Shown here: in pieces, positions 19,674 to 34,154 of the stretch
How positions within the stretch are numbered: the first letter of the stretch is position 1
Layout: every line of letters begins with the position of its first letter
Source: Actinobacteria bacterium UBA7524
GTDB lineage: Bacteria; Actinomycetota; Coriobacteriia; Anaerosomatales; UBA912
Direction: 5' to 3'
Assembly (NCBI GenBank): GCA_002478275.1
Contig: DLMY01000007.1
Coordinates: forward strand, 1 to 55,744
DNA: 55,744 nucleotides
Notes under the pieces: generated by a model
The model's database searches: none
Told to the model about the DNA's origin: nothing
Seen by the model: the letters and a program-made list of their open reading frames with translations, nothing else
Made by a program: the position numbers and the translations under genes

Positions 19674-22171
19674 GAGTACTCGTCGTCGACGACGATGAGG
19701 CAGGCTTGCACCTGATATCCTCGATCGTTCGCTCCGGGGGTCACGAGGTGGTCACAGCGAACGATGGGATCGAGGCGCTCGATACCGCCCGTGTCACGAA
19801 ACCGGATGTCGTCATCACCGACATCCTCATGCCCCGGATGGACGGCTATCAGCTTGCACGCGAATGGAAGGCCGATCCGGTCTTGTCCACGGTCCCGTTG
19901 ATCTTCCTTACGGCTTCGTACACCGATCCCGCAGATGAGAAGTTCGCGGTCGAGTTGGGCGCCGATGGTTTCCTGAGCAAACCCGTCGAGGTCGAGACGC
20001 TGCTCGAGACCATCGAGTGCGTCGTATCGAATGCTGAGTCCAACCGCCCCGGTGTTCCTTTGCAGCGGGCCGAAGAGGACACGTTGCGAGAGTATAGTGA
20101 CAGGGTCGTGCACAAGCTCGAGCAGAAGGTCGCCGACCTCGAACGTTCGAATGCGCTGCTCCAGGACGCCATCAAGAGCCTTGGAGACGAGATGGAGGTC
20201 AAGACGCGACTGATCGAGCAGCTTGGATCGCAGATCGAAGGCACGGAGAGCGTACAGGGGGAACTTCACCGCGAGAGGGACGTCAAGAGACTCATCTTGG
20301 ATACCGCAGACGTCTTCATCTGTACGACGGATGTCGAAGGCAGGTTGAACCTCTTCAGTGCCGGTGCGGAGCTGATCTCGGGCTACAGCGCTCAGGAGGT
20401 CATCGGCAAGGACCATATCGAGATCTTCGCGCCTGCCGCTGAACGGCCCCGGCGTCGCCATCTCTTCCAGGCGGTCATGGAGTCGTGTGGAGAGACGACC
20501 CGTCTGAGGAACGAGTGGGTGATGAGCCGGGGGAGTGGCAGGGTCTTCGAATGGGCGATGAGTGCGACGTGTGAAGAAGACGGTGAGGTCGATGGTGTCA
20601 TCTTCATCGGGATCGATGTCACGGACCGGGTCCGGACCGTGGCTTTGGAGCGTGTACTGGGAGTCATCGACGTGGCGGTACTTTCCGGACGGAGTATCCA
20701 GGAAGTCTTTGAACTGACATGCGCGCAGGCGAGTGAAGACATGAACCTCGCGGCGGTGTGGGTGGCCGCAGGCGACACATCGGCAGATGGTGTCATCAGA
20801 GCCGCCGCTGGTGCCGCTGCGCCCGTGCTGATGCGAGCTATCGAGTCCGACTCACTCGTCGGGCTGCCGATCCCCCTCCTGGCACCGCCTCCAGTGGCCC
20901 TCAGCTTGAGGGACCTGGCTGACCGGTTGGGGGAACAGGCCCTGGCGGTCCTCGATGAACAGGGCATCATCGATGTGACATGGTCGCCGATCCAGGTGCG
21001 CGATGAGCTCGTAGGTGCCGTCGGAGCGTTTCACACACGTTCCGAAGAGGCAGCAGGAGTCTCCCAGGCGTTGTCCGTGGTGGCGGCGAGACTGGGGACC
21101 GCGTATCTGTTGACCCGGGCGCTCGAGGAGGCACGCCTGCACTCGGCCGCACTCGAGGCGGCTGCGAGCGCGATCGTCATAATCGAGGTCGATGGATCTG
21201 TCCGCTGGGCGAACCCTGCTTTCTACGGCCTGACGGGCTACACTCCGGATGAGGTGGTAGGTGCGAGTATCCTATCGGAAGGAAGAGGTTATCGGGAGCC
21301 GGGATACGTCGAAGCCTGGGAGGTCGTGCGCGCGGGATGGGTCTGGCACGGAGAGCTCACCAACCGCACCCGTGATGGCCAGGAGTATCTGGAGGAGGTG
21401 ACTCTCGCACCGGTCAAGGATGAGGTGGGCCGAGTCACTCATGTGGTGGTGGTGAAGACCGATGCCGGTGAACGAGGTCGCTTCGAGCAACTGAGGTCCG
21501 ATTTCGTCGCGATGGTCTCGCACGAGCTGCGCTCACCGTTGACTACCATCATCGGCTACTCAGACCTGCTTTCCTCGGCGATGGGGCTTGAGCAGGAGCG
21601 CGCAGCGGAAGCGTTGAAGGGTATTCGCGCCAGTGGCGAAAGGATGCGGGAGATCGTCGAAGAGCTCCTTGCAGTCAACGAGATGCGTGCCGAAGGCGTC
21701 AAAGTCAGCCCTCACACCGTCGACGTAGGGGCGCTGGTCCGTGACATCGCGCATCAGACCGTCGACAGCCCCCGGCACAGACTCACGCTCTCGGTGTCCG
21801 AAGGCATGCCTCCTGCATCCGTGGATCCCAGGGCGATCGGGCATGCGCTCCGCAATCTGCTGTCCAACGCGGTGAAGTACTCGCCGGATGGCGGCGAGGT
21901 CAACGTGGATGTCGACCGCGAGGGCGATGTCCTGGTCATCCGGGTGACCGATCAGGGAGTCGGGATCCCCGATAAGGAGATCACCAGGCTGATGGGAGCC
22001 TTCACGCAACAGGACATGTCCACCACGCGCCAGTTCGGAGGCGTGGGACTCGGGCTGTTCGTGGCCAATATGCTCGTGAAGGCGCACGGTGGTGAGATCT
22101 GTATAGACAGCAGTGAGGGCGAGGGTTCTACGTTCGAGATCCGTTTGCCGTTCGCGGGTGTGCGCTCCTGA
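19670..22171 (+). CDS. cytoplasmic hybrid kinase: REC-PAS-GAF-like-PAS-HisKA-HATPase
   Basis: N-terminal LVVDD...DILMP; PAS motifs; SHELRSPL, NLLSNAVKYS, DQGVGI and GVGLGL; ATGA overlap with the response regulator. Confidence 0.9.
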   Translation: MRVLVVDDDEAGLHLISSIVRSGGHEVVTANDGIEALDTARVTKPDVVITDILMPRMDGYQLAREWKADPVLSTVPLIFLTASYTDPADEKFAVELGADGFLSKPVEVETLLETIECVVSNAESNRPGVPLQRAEEDTLREYSDRVVHKLEQKVADLERSNALLQDAIKSLGDEMEVKTRLIEQLGSQIEGTESVQGELHRERDVKRLILDTADVFICTTDVEGRLNLFSAGAELISGYSAQEVIGKDHIEIFAPAAERPRRRHLFQAVMESCGETTRLRNEWVMSRGSGRVFEWAMSATCEEDGEVDGVIFIGIDVTDRVRTVALERVLGVIDVAVLSGRSIQEVFELTCAQASEDMNLAAVWVAAGDTSADGVIRAAAGAAAPVLMRAIESDSLVGLPIPLLAPPPVALSLRDLADRLGEQALAVLDEQGIIDVTWSPIQVRDELVGAVGAFHTRSEEAAGVSQALSVVAARLGTAYLLTRALEEARLHSAALEAAASAIVIIEVDGSVRWANPAFYGLTGYTPDEVVGASILSEGRGYREPGYVEAWEVVRAGWVWHGELTNRTRDGQEYLEEVTLAPVKDEVGRVTHVVVVKTDAGERGRFEQLRSDFVAMVSHELRSPLTTIIGYSDLLSSAMGLEQERAAEALKGIRASGERMREIVEELLAVNEMRAEGVKVSPHTVDVGALVRDIAHQTVDSPRHRLTLSVSEGMPPASVDPRAIGHALRNLLSNAVKYSPDGGEVNVDVDREGDVLVIRVTDQGVGIPDKEITRLMGAFTQQDMSTTRQFGGVGLGLFVANMLVKAHGGEICIDSSEGEGSTFEIRLPFAGVRS

Positions 22172-22201
22172 AAGATCGTACTCCGACGACGTCGCACGTC
22201 A

Positions 22202-24751
22202 TCACGGTCGTCGCAGGGCGGCCTTGATATCGAACTCCAGGTCGTAGGGCACCGCCGCCGGCCCTCCCAGGAACCTCAGCGATTCGACACTCGCTGAGTT
22301 CGCCCGGAGCCACGTCTCAAGTCTGGGCCCGGACCCGTCTGCAAGGATCAAAGGCGCTCTGTGCATGCCGAGGAGCGGTCCTGCAGCCAGTGAGTCGGGG
22401 AACGCGCGTCCTGTTGCCACACCCAGCGTCGAGTACGTGAGGACTCCCGACCCGACACCGTATCCGGCGACGACCCGGGACGTCTCGTACCGGTCCATGC
22501 CGGCGAGCCGCACAGGAGAGGGCAGCAAGGCCGCCACCTGTGATGAGATCGCCTGTTCGCCACCTATGATGAGGGACGACGTCGGTCCCAGTGTCGAGAG
22601 CGCGCGCGACGTAGCGGAAGGTATGCTTCCCCTCCGGCTGAGCAGTATCGGATAGCCAGCCGCGGCGGACAGCGAGGATGTGGACAGTGCGTCAGGGTAG
22701 TTCTCTCCGGAAGCGACGATGACGCGGCCATCAGGCAGCGATCCGAGCAGCGTCCGGACCTGTATGGCCACGAGCCTGGCTGTATCGTAGCGGTCTGATC
22801 CGGCAAGCCGGGTGACGATCGCCGAATGAGGCAGTTGGTCGATGGCGTCCTCGACCGCCCGGGAGACGGCCTGCTCACCCCCTACGATGTAGATGCGCTG
22901 GGGACCGAGTCGCATGATCTCGTCTCGAACCGTCAACGACAGTCTGTCTGCACGAGTGAGCAGCACCGGCGCCTCGGCCGCCGCGGCCAAAGCGCTTGCA
23001 GTCAGGCCGTCTGGCCAGTTCTGTCCTGATGCGATGACCAGGGCCGGTGCTGATACCGGGTAGGACGCCTCGCTTATCGCGGCTGCTGTCCTGTATCGAT
23101 CGGCTCCTTCGTGCCGTACCGATGTGAGCTGTTGAAGCCCGGTTGCGGGTTTGACCTGTTGGGACGCAGGAGCCTGCACCCCCCAGCGGTCGGTCGCGGT
23201 CGAGCGGACGTAGACCGTATGCGTGGTGTCCCCGGAAAGCGGCAGTCTGCCGGTGCGGGCGGTGGTGGCGTACTCGGGTCCTCCCTCGTAACCGTACGCG
23301 TAAGTCACGTTTGCGCCTGCAGCGGCCGTCCAGCTCAGCGAGACCTCCAATCCCGTTCCGGGGTCCACGGTCAGGGCGACCGGTGCCTGGGCCGAGACCG
23401 TACGCGTCATCTCCCCGTACAGTCCGTACGCGTCGAAGCGGCCGTAACCCGTCTCGTTGTCGAAGCCCGGCAGTGGGCCGTAGGAGTCGTCTGCGGACTG
23501 TCGGGCGAATTGCAGCATCTGGCTGCGTGACAGGTCGGGAACGAGCGACCATGCATAGGCGAGGGAACCCGAGACGAGCGGAGCGGCGAAGGAGGTACCC
23601 GACCTTGTGTTGGAGGCCACCCCGCCCGGATTGAGCGTCCAGACGTACTGGCCGGCGGTCACCACGTCCATCTCCGGTCCGTAGCTGGAGAATGTGGAGC
23701 GCTGGCCGGTCTCCGGGTCGAGGGACCCTACGGTAAGTACCCCCTGGCACGCTGCCGGATACAGTACGTGCGGATATGAGGTCGCGCCGTCGTTGCCGCT
23801 CGCGGCGACCACAAGCGAACCGCGTGCTGCGCAGTAGTCGACCACTTGCTGCCACAGATCGCGGACGGCAAGGTCGGGGACGGTACCTTCCACCCCGCCT
23901 GAGATCAGCGTCGCCCGGTGCCCGAGGGAGAGGCTGATGATCTTCGCCCCACGGTCCGCCGCGTCCATCATGGCCGTCATCACATCCACGGTGTCGCCGC
24001 TCTGGTCGCTCTGAAGCACCCGGTACACGAGTATGCGCGAGTCGAGCCGGTGCAGGGTGCCGGCCATGCCGAACCCGTTGTGGCTCTGCGCACCGATGAT
24101 GCTCGCCACCCGGGTGCCGTGAAATCCCGCCGTGTTGGCGTCGGCCGTGTCGGTGTCTTGGTCGATGTAGTCGTATACCGGCACGAACCTCCCCGAATCC
24201 TCTATCACAGACATGGTCACACCGGTGTCCATCGTCGCGACGGTGATCCCTCTGCGTCCGGGTTCGAGCTTGAACGAGTCGCCGTACAGTGTCGCGTCCC
24301 ACACACTCTCGAGAGCGCTTGCGTGCGCGTACTGAGGAACCGGCCCCAGGTACAGCCGCTGGTCCCTGAATTGCGGTCCACCTGTGACGAGCCAGTCGTA
24401 CCGGGTGTCGTTCGGTGGGACGGTCGCGAACGCCCGCACCTTTCGGACCGGGGCTGCGGCGAGGACTTCGGGCATCGTGCGGATCTCCTCGGCGAGGAGA
24501 GACGGATTCTTGCCTGGCGTCGGGCGCACCTCCAGCAGCGGGGCCTTGCGCATGCGTACCGTGGCGATGTCAGGGTCTGAGGACAGCGTGCCGATGGCGC
24601 GGGTCGCGTCGGCAGCGCGGCTGTAGAGTACGGCGACGGTTTCTGGCTGTTGCTCGGCGGCGGGTGGGCCTTCGCCGAGAGCGGTAGCGGGAAGCGCGAG
24701 CACAACGAGCAGCAGGGTGGTGAGCAAGCGTATGGACCCGGGTGTCGTCAT
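22202..24751 (-). CDS. secreted S8 (subtilisin-like) serine peptidase with three cell-wall-binding repeat 2 (CW_binding_2) domains
   Basis: Signal peptide from ATG 24751 (LLLVVLALPATALG); catalytic DTG, HGT and SGTSFAAP; oxyanion AASGN; C-terminal GADRYRTA / GSDRYDTA / GMDRYETS with ASGxNxPDxL repeats. Confidence 0.9.
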   Translation of the reverse strand: MTTPGSIRLLTTLLLVVLALPATALGEGPPAAEQQPETVAVLYSRAADATRAIGTLSSDPDIATVRMRKAPLLEVRPTPGKNPSLLAEEIRTMPEVLAAAPVRKVRAFATVPPNDTRYDWLVTGGPQFRDQRLYLGPVPQYAHASALESVWDATLYGDSFKLEPGRRGITVATMDTGVTMSVIEDSGRFVPVYDYIDQDTDTADANTAGFHGTRVASIIGAQSHNGFGMAGTLHRLDSRILVYRVLQSDQSGDTVDVMTAMMDAADRGAKIISLSLGHRATLISGGVEGTVPDLAVRDLWQQVVDYCAARGSLVVAASGNDGATSYPHVLYPAACQGVLTVGSLDPETGQRSTFSSYGPEMDVVTAGQYVWTLNPGGVASNTRSGTSFAAPLVSGSLAYAWSLVPDLSRSQMLQFARQSADDSYGPLPGFDNETGYGRFDAYGLYGEMTRTVSAQAPVALTVDPGTGLEVSLSWTAAAGANVTYAYGYEGGPEYATTARTGRLPLSGDTTHTVYVRSTATDRWGVQAPASQQVKPATGLQQLTSVRHEGADRYRTAAAISEASYPVSAPALVIASGQNWPDGLTASALAAAAEAPVLLTRADRLSLTVRDEIMRLGPQRIYIVGGEQAVSRAVEDAIDQLPHSAIVTRLAGSDRYDTARLVAIQVRTLLGSLPDGRVIVASGENYPDALSTSSLSAAAGYPILLSRRGSIPSATSRALSTLGPTSSLIIGGEQAISSQVAALLPSPVRLAGMDRYETSRVVAGYGVGSGVLTYSTLGVATGRAFPDSLAAGPLLGMHRAPLILADGSGPRLETWLRANSASVESLRFLGGPAAVPYDLEFDIKAALRRP

Positions 24752-24902
24752 CTCTGCCTTCCTGTCGCGCGATGGGTGGGTCGCGATGACCGGCTGCCGG
24801 CGTTCACGTGGGTGTGGCGTGTGGTGTACAGCGTAGATTGTATCGGACATCTTGGCCGAACACCCTTGGCAGCAAGGTTCGGGCCTGTTAATGTCGGTTC
24901 GA

Positions 24903-25638
<736 letters not shown>

Positions 25639-25639
25639 G

Positions 25640-26575
25640 GTGCTGAGCAATCGCCACATCATGACGATGGACGATCTGTCCACCGAGGACATCTCGCTCA
25701 TCCTGGACACCGCGGAGTCGTTCAAGGAGGTCAACGAGCGGCGCATCAAGAAGCTGCCGACGTTGCGCGGGCGGACGGTCATCAACCTGTTCCTCGAGCC
25801 CTCGACGCGCACGCGTACGAGCTTCGAGATCGCGGCCAAGCGGCTTTCAGCCGACGCGATCAACATGACCGGCTCTGCGAGTGCGACCGTCAAGGGCGAG
25901 TCGCTTCGGGACACAGCCAAGACGCTCTCGGCGATGGCGTGCGACCTGATCGTCGTGCGGCACAAGTACGCCGGAGCGCCGCAGGTGCTCGCGGAGTGCA
26001 TGGACGCGCACGTCATCAACGGCGGAGACGGCAAGCATCAGCACCCGACGCAGGCGCTCCTGGACCTGTTCACGATGCGTGCGCATACTGGACGCCTCGA
26101 GGGCCTGAAGGTCGGTATCGTCGGGGACATCTCGCACTCGCGTGTCGCGGGTTCGCTGGTCCCGGCGCTCGTCAAGGTAGGCGCGAGCCCCGTGGTGATA
26201 GGGCCGCCGACACTGATGCCCGCGCGCCCGGATGTGCTCGGCGCCGAAGTCTCCCACACGCTCGATGACGTCCTGCCCGAGCTCGACGTCGTCTACCTGC
26301 TGCGCGTACAGATGGAGCGCAGCGAGGGGATGCCGTTCCCGAGCGTCCGAGAGTACGCGAGCCTCTACGGGATGAACGCCACGAGGCTCGAGCGGATGAA
26401 GCCCGACGCCATCGTGATGCATCCCGGACCGATGAACAGGGGCGTCGAGATCTCCTCGGCGGTAGCGGATTCGGAGAGGACCGTCGTGCTCGACCAGGTC
26501 AACGCGGGGGTCGCGGTGCGTATGGCCGCGATGTACCTGCTTCTAGGAGGTGCTGACAGTGGCGCTGCTGCTTAA
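25640..26575 (+). CDS. pyrB: aspartate carbamoyltransferase catalytic subunit
   Basis: FLEPSTRTRTSF, HPTQALLD and MHPGPMNRG. Confidence 0.97.
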   Translation: MLSNRHIMTMDDLSTEDISLILDTAESFKEVNERRIKKLPTLRGRTVINLFLEPSTRTRTSFEIAAKRLSADAINMTGSASATVKGESLRDTAKTLSAMACDLIVVRHKYAGAPQVLAECMDAHVINGGDGKHQHPTQALLDLFTMRAHTGRLEGLKVGIVGDISHSRVAGSLVPALVKVGASPVVIGPPTLMPARPDVLGAEVSHTLDDVLPELDVVYLLRVQMERSEGMPFPSVREYASLYGMNATRLERMKPDAIVMHPGPMNRGVEISSAVADSERTVVLDQVNAGVAVRMAAMYLLLGGADSGAAA

Positions 26576-27854
26576 GGGCGGGCGGATCGTCGACCCGCAG
26601 ACGGGGTTGGACGCGGTAGGCGACATCGTGGTGCGCGACGGTCGCATCGTCGAGGTCGGCCAGGACCTGGAGATCGCGAAAGGACAGGTCATCGAGTGCG
26701 CCGAGAAGATCGTCGTACCGGGACTCGTCGACATCCACACACACCTGCGCGAGCCGGGCTTCGAGTACAAGGAGACGATCGAGAGCGGTACCCGCGCCGC
26801 GGCGCACGGCGGTTTCACGACGGTGTGCGCGATGCCGAACACCTCGCCGGTGACCGACTCGGGCTCGAAGGTCCGCTTCATCGTGGAGCGGGCGGCCGAG
26901 CGGGGCGTCGTGCGCGTCCATCCGATCGGTTCGTGTACGGCCGGCCAGAAGGGAGAGGCGCTCGCCGAGATCGGTGACATGGTGCGCGAGGGTGCCGTAG
27001 CGTTCAGCGACGATGGCCGAGGAGTGCAGGACGCGGGCATGATGCGCCGCGTTATGGACTACGCGAAGACCTTCGGCACGACGGTGATCAGCCACTGCGA
27101 GGACGAGAGCCTGGCTGCGGGAGGTGTCGTCAACGAGGGCGTCGTGTCGACGCGCCTTGGACTTGCGGGATGGCCGGCCGCCGCCGAGGAGACCGCGGTG
27201 GCCCGCGACATCCGCCTGTGCGAGCTGACGGGGTGCCGCCTGCATCTGGCGCATCTGTCGACCGCGGGCAGCGTCGCGCTGGTGCGCGATGCCAAGGAGC
27301 GCGGCCTGCCGGTGACCGCCGAGGTCACCCCGCACCATCTCTTCCTGACCGAAGACGACATCGACCCAGCCTACGACACGAACCTGAAGATGAACCCGCC
27401 TCTGCGAACGGCGGCGGACCGCGAGGCGCTCGTCGCGGCGCTCGTCGACGGCACGGTCGACTGCATCGCGACGGACCATGCCCCGCATGCGGCCCACGAG
27501 AAGGAGCTGGAGTTCGAGCTTGCCCCGTACGGCACCACCGGCCTGGAGACCGCGCTCTCGCTGGTCGTGACGAACCTGGTCGGTCCCGGGCTGCTCGATT
27601 GGACGGGGATGGTGCGGGTGATGGCGGTCGCTCCTCGTGCCGCACTCGGGCTTCCCGAGGTGCGCTTCGAGCCCGGAGCGGTGGCCGACATCACGGTGAT
27701 CGACCCTGAGGCGCGCGTCGAGGTCACGCGCGGATGGTTCGAGAGCGCCTCGGCGAACTCGGCTTTCCTCGGCATGAGACTGCTGGGGAAGGCGACCGAC
27801 GTCCTGGTTGAAGGGCGGTTCGCGCTACGGGGCGGGAAGGTGGCGGACAGATGA
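26559..27854 (+). CDS. pyrC: dihydroorotase
   Basis: DIHTHLREPG, MPNT, KMNPPLR and ATDHAPH; GTG at 26559 follows AGGAGG. Confidence 0.96.
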   Translation: MALLLKGGRIVDPQTGLDAVGDIVVRDGRIVEVGQDLEIAKGQVIECAEKIVVPGLVDIHTHLREPGFEYKETIESGTRAAAHGGFTTVCAMPNTSPVTDSGSKVRFIVERAAERGVVRVHPIGSCTAGQKGEALAEIGDMVREGAVAFSDDGRGVQDAGMMRRVMDYAKTFGTTVISHCEDESLAAGGVVNEGVVSTRLGLAGWPAAAEETAVARDIRLCELTGCRLHLAHLSTAGSVALVRDAKERGLPVTAEVTPHHLFLTEDDIDPAYDTNLKMNPPLRTAADREALVAALVDGTVDCIATDHAPHAAHEKELEFELAPYGTTGLETALSLVVTNLVGPGLLDWTGMVRVMAVAPRAALGLPEVRFEPGAVADITVIDPEARVEVTRGWFESASANSAFLGMRLLGKATDVLVEGRFALRGGKVADR

Positions 27855-29120
27855 GCCGCGATACGGCGATGCTCGTCCTGGAAGACGGCACCGCTTTCGA
27901 GGGGACCGCGTGCGGCGCGATGGGTGAGGCGACCGGCGAGGTCGTGTTCAACACTTCGCTCTCCGGCTACCAGGAGGTGCTCACCGACCCGAGCTATGCC
28001 GGGCAGATCATCACGATGACGATGCCGCACATCGGGAACTACGGCGTAAACGGTGTGGACATGGAGTCGGGACGCATCCATGCGCGCGGTCTGGTGGTTC
28101 GCCAGATGTGCGACACGCCGAGCAACTGGCGCTCCGAGCAAGACCTCCCGTCGTTCCTGCGAGAGCAGGACGTGGTCGCCATCGAGGGCGTGGACACGAG
28201 GCGCCTGACCAGGCACATCCGCGAAGCGGGCGCGATGCGCGCGGTGATCTCGACCACCGATACTGACGTCGCATCGCTCACCGGGAAGGCTCGCAGCGCG
28301 CCGGGGCTCGCGGGGCGTGACCTCGTGCGCGAGGTCGCGGTCGCCCAGCCCTACACCTGGGGCGAGGACGTGCCCGGCGAGGGCCTCCCCGTCGACACGG
28401 GCGTGCTCGTCGCCGAACCCGGGTTCAAGGTCGTGGCGATGGACTCGGGCATCAAGTACAACATCCTGCGCAGGCTCTCCGAGATCGGCTGTGAGGTCCT
28501 CGTGGTCCCGCCGACGACGTCCGCCGAGGAGGTCCTGTCCCACCAGCCGACCGGCGTGTTCCTGGCGAACGGCCCGGGAGATCCCGCGGCTGTGGACTAC
28601 CTGTACACGACCCTGCGGGAACTGGTGGGCAAAGTGCCGCTGTTCGGCATCTGTCTCGGACATCAGATGCTCTCGCTGGCGGTCGGATGCGCCACCTACA
28701 AGCTGAAGTACGGTCACCGGGGCGGCAACCAGCCCGTCATGAACCTTCTGACAGGTCAAGTCGAGATCACCAGCCAGAACCACGGCTTCTGCGTGGACTA
28801 CGCAAGCATCGGCGAGCTCGTGCCGGAAGCCTCGGGCGGGATGTCGGCAGACCCCGGCGACCTGGGGGCATGGGTCGAGGCCGGCGTCGCACCGGTGGTG
28901 AGCTCGATGGACTTCGGCCGGGTGCAGCTCACGCACGTCAACCTCAACGATATGACGGTCGAGGGGATACGCCTTCTGGACCATCCGGCGTTCAGCGTCC
29001 AGTACCACCCGGAGGCCGCACCCGGTCCTCACGATTCCCGTTACCTGTTCGGTGCGTTCGCGCGTTTGATGAACGGCGCCGATGATTACCTGTCCGTTGC
29101 CAGGGAACCTGGAGGCTCGC

Positions 29121-29134
<14 letters not shown>
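27851..29134 (+). CDS. carA: carbamoyl-phosphate synthase small subunit
   Basis: [24 protein letters not shown] and QYHPE. Confidence 0.97.
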
Positions 29135-32340
<3,206 letters not shown>

Positions 32341-32348
<8 letters not shown>

Positions 32349-33168
32349 GGCTTGCGGGGACTCCGGGAACAGGGACATGGCCGTCGAGCATGTGGTCGTG
32401 CGCTCGAACGACCGGGTCTGTGAAGGAGTCGGTCTGATGGTCCTGGAGGCCCCCGCGACCGCTTCGAAGGTGCGGCCCGGGCAGTTCGTCCACTTGAGGA
32501 TCGCGAGCGACCGCGAGTTCATGCTGCGGCGGCCGTTCTCGGTCCACCGCGCGCATGGCGGGACCCTGGAGATCCTCTACCAGGTGCTCGGGCGCGGGAC
32601 CAGGGCGATGTCGCTGACTCAGCGTGAGGACCGCATGGACCTGATAGGCCCGCTGGGGCACGGATGGGACATCCCTGACGGACTCACACACGCCTTGCTC
32701 GTGGCCGGGGGACTCGGCGCTGCACCATTGGGTATGCTTGCCGAGGAACTCGCCCGTCGCGGTGTGGCTGCGACGGTGGTGATGGGTGCGCCGACCGGCG
32801 AGCGACTGGTCGCTCGCGACCTGTTCGAGCGTGTCGCGCGACGGGTGGAGGCATGTACCGACGACGGATCGGCAGGCGAGAAGGGGTTCGTCACCGTGGC
32901 CACCCATCGTCTGCTCGACGAAGGCGGATTCGACATGGTGTACGCCTGTGGCCCGGAGGTCATGGCCAAAGCGGTGGCGGGGCAGGCCTTCGAAGCCGGC
33001 GTTGCGTGTCAGGTGTCGCTGGAGCGTCTGATGGCATGCGGTATCGGCGTATGCCTCTCATGCGTGGTGGCGACCGTCAACGGCCAGAAGCGCGCGTGTG
33101 TCGACGGTCCGGTCTTCGATGCCAGGGAGGTGAGCTGGGATGTCTCCGAGATCCCTCCTCGGCACTGA
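32341..33168 (+). CDS. pyrK: dihydroorotate dehydrogenase electron transfer subunit
   Basis: RRPFS, GPLG, CGP and [11 protein letters not shown]...CVDGPVF [2Fe-2S] motif. Confidence 0.93.
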
Positions 33169-33190
33169 TCAGGGCAGCGGTGGTGCGGCT

Positions 33191-34108
33191 TTGGACCTGA
33201 GTGTGAGGATCGCCGGCCTTACGTTGGCCAACCCGGTTCTGACCGCGAGCGGTACGTTCGCCAGTGGACGCGAGTATGCCGGACTGGTCGATCTGGACCG
33301 TGTCGGAGCGATAGTCACGAAGGGTGTGTCGCTCGAGCCTTGGGCGGGTAATCCCTCGCCGAGGATCGCAGAGACCGCCTCTGGGATGCTGAACTCCATC
33401 GGGCTGCAGAATCCGGGTGTCGAGGCGTTCATCGCCAAGGACCTCACGTGGCTTGCGGCGCATCACCCGGACGTGCCGGTCATCGTCAACGTGAGCGGGC
33501 ATACATGCGCCGAGTACGCGCGGGTGATCGAGCGGCTTGAGGAAACAGAAGGCGTGGCGGGCTACGAGGTCAACATCTCGTGTCCGAACGTCGAACACGG
33601 CGGCATGGCGTTCGGCACCGATCGCTATGCCGCCGCCGAGGTGACATCGGCATGCAGGGCCGCAACCGGGCGCCCGCTGGTGGTGAAGCTGTCTCCCAAC
33701 GTCACCGATGTCGCCGAGATCGCACGAGCGGTCGAGGACGCGGGGGCGGACTGCGTGTCTCTCATAAACACGTTGCTGGGCATGGCTGTCGATACCGAGA
33801 CGTTCCGCCCGATGCTTGCGCGGGTGGTCGGAGGGCTGTCGGGTCCGGCCATCAAGCCCGTCGCGCTGCGTATGGTCTGGCAGGTGGCCGGTGCTGTCGA
33901 TGTCCCCGTGATCGGCATGGGCGGCATCCGGGATGCGCGAGACGCCGCGGAATTCATGTTGGCCGGCGCCACGGCTGTCGCGGTAGGGACCGCGAACTTC
34001 GTAGACCCGGCGACCGTCACCCATATCGTCGATGGGCTCGCCGAGTTCTGTCGCACACGTGGTATCGTGCGGGTCGCCGATCTGACCGGCGCCCTTGTGA
34101 CTGATTGA
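33191..34108 (+). CDS. pyrD: dihydroorotate dehydrogenase 1B catalytic subunit
   Basis: [24 protein letters not shown] and [10 protein letters not shown]. Confidence 0.96.
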   Translation: MDLSVRIAGLTLANPVLTASGTFASGREYAGLVDLDRVGAIVTKGVSLEPWAGNPSPRIAETASGMLNSIGLQNPGVEAFIAKDLTWLAAHHPDVPVIVNVSGHTCAEYARVIERLEETEGVAGYEVNISCPNVEHGGMAFGTDRYAAAEVTSACRAATGRPLVVKLSPNVTDVAEIARAVEDAGADCVSLINTLLGMAVDTETFRPMLARVVGGLSGPAIKPVALRMVWQVAGAVDVPVIGMGGIRDARDAAEFMLAGATAVAVGTANFVDPATVTHIVDGLAEFCRTRGIVRVADLTGALVTD

Positions 34109-34154
34109 TGTCCGCGCATCGGCCCGCCGATCGGGCTTGCGCGCGTGAGGAAGG

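Noticed and set aside
22875..24302. 475-aa alternative-frame ORF inside the peptidase
   Set aside because: Arg/Gly/His-rich shadow frame typical of high-GC DNA, with no motifs.
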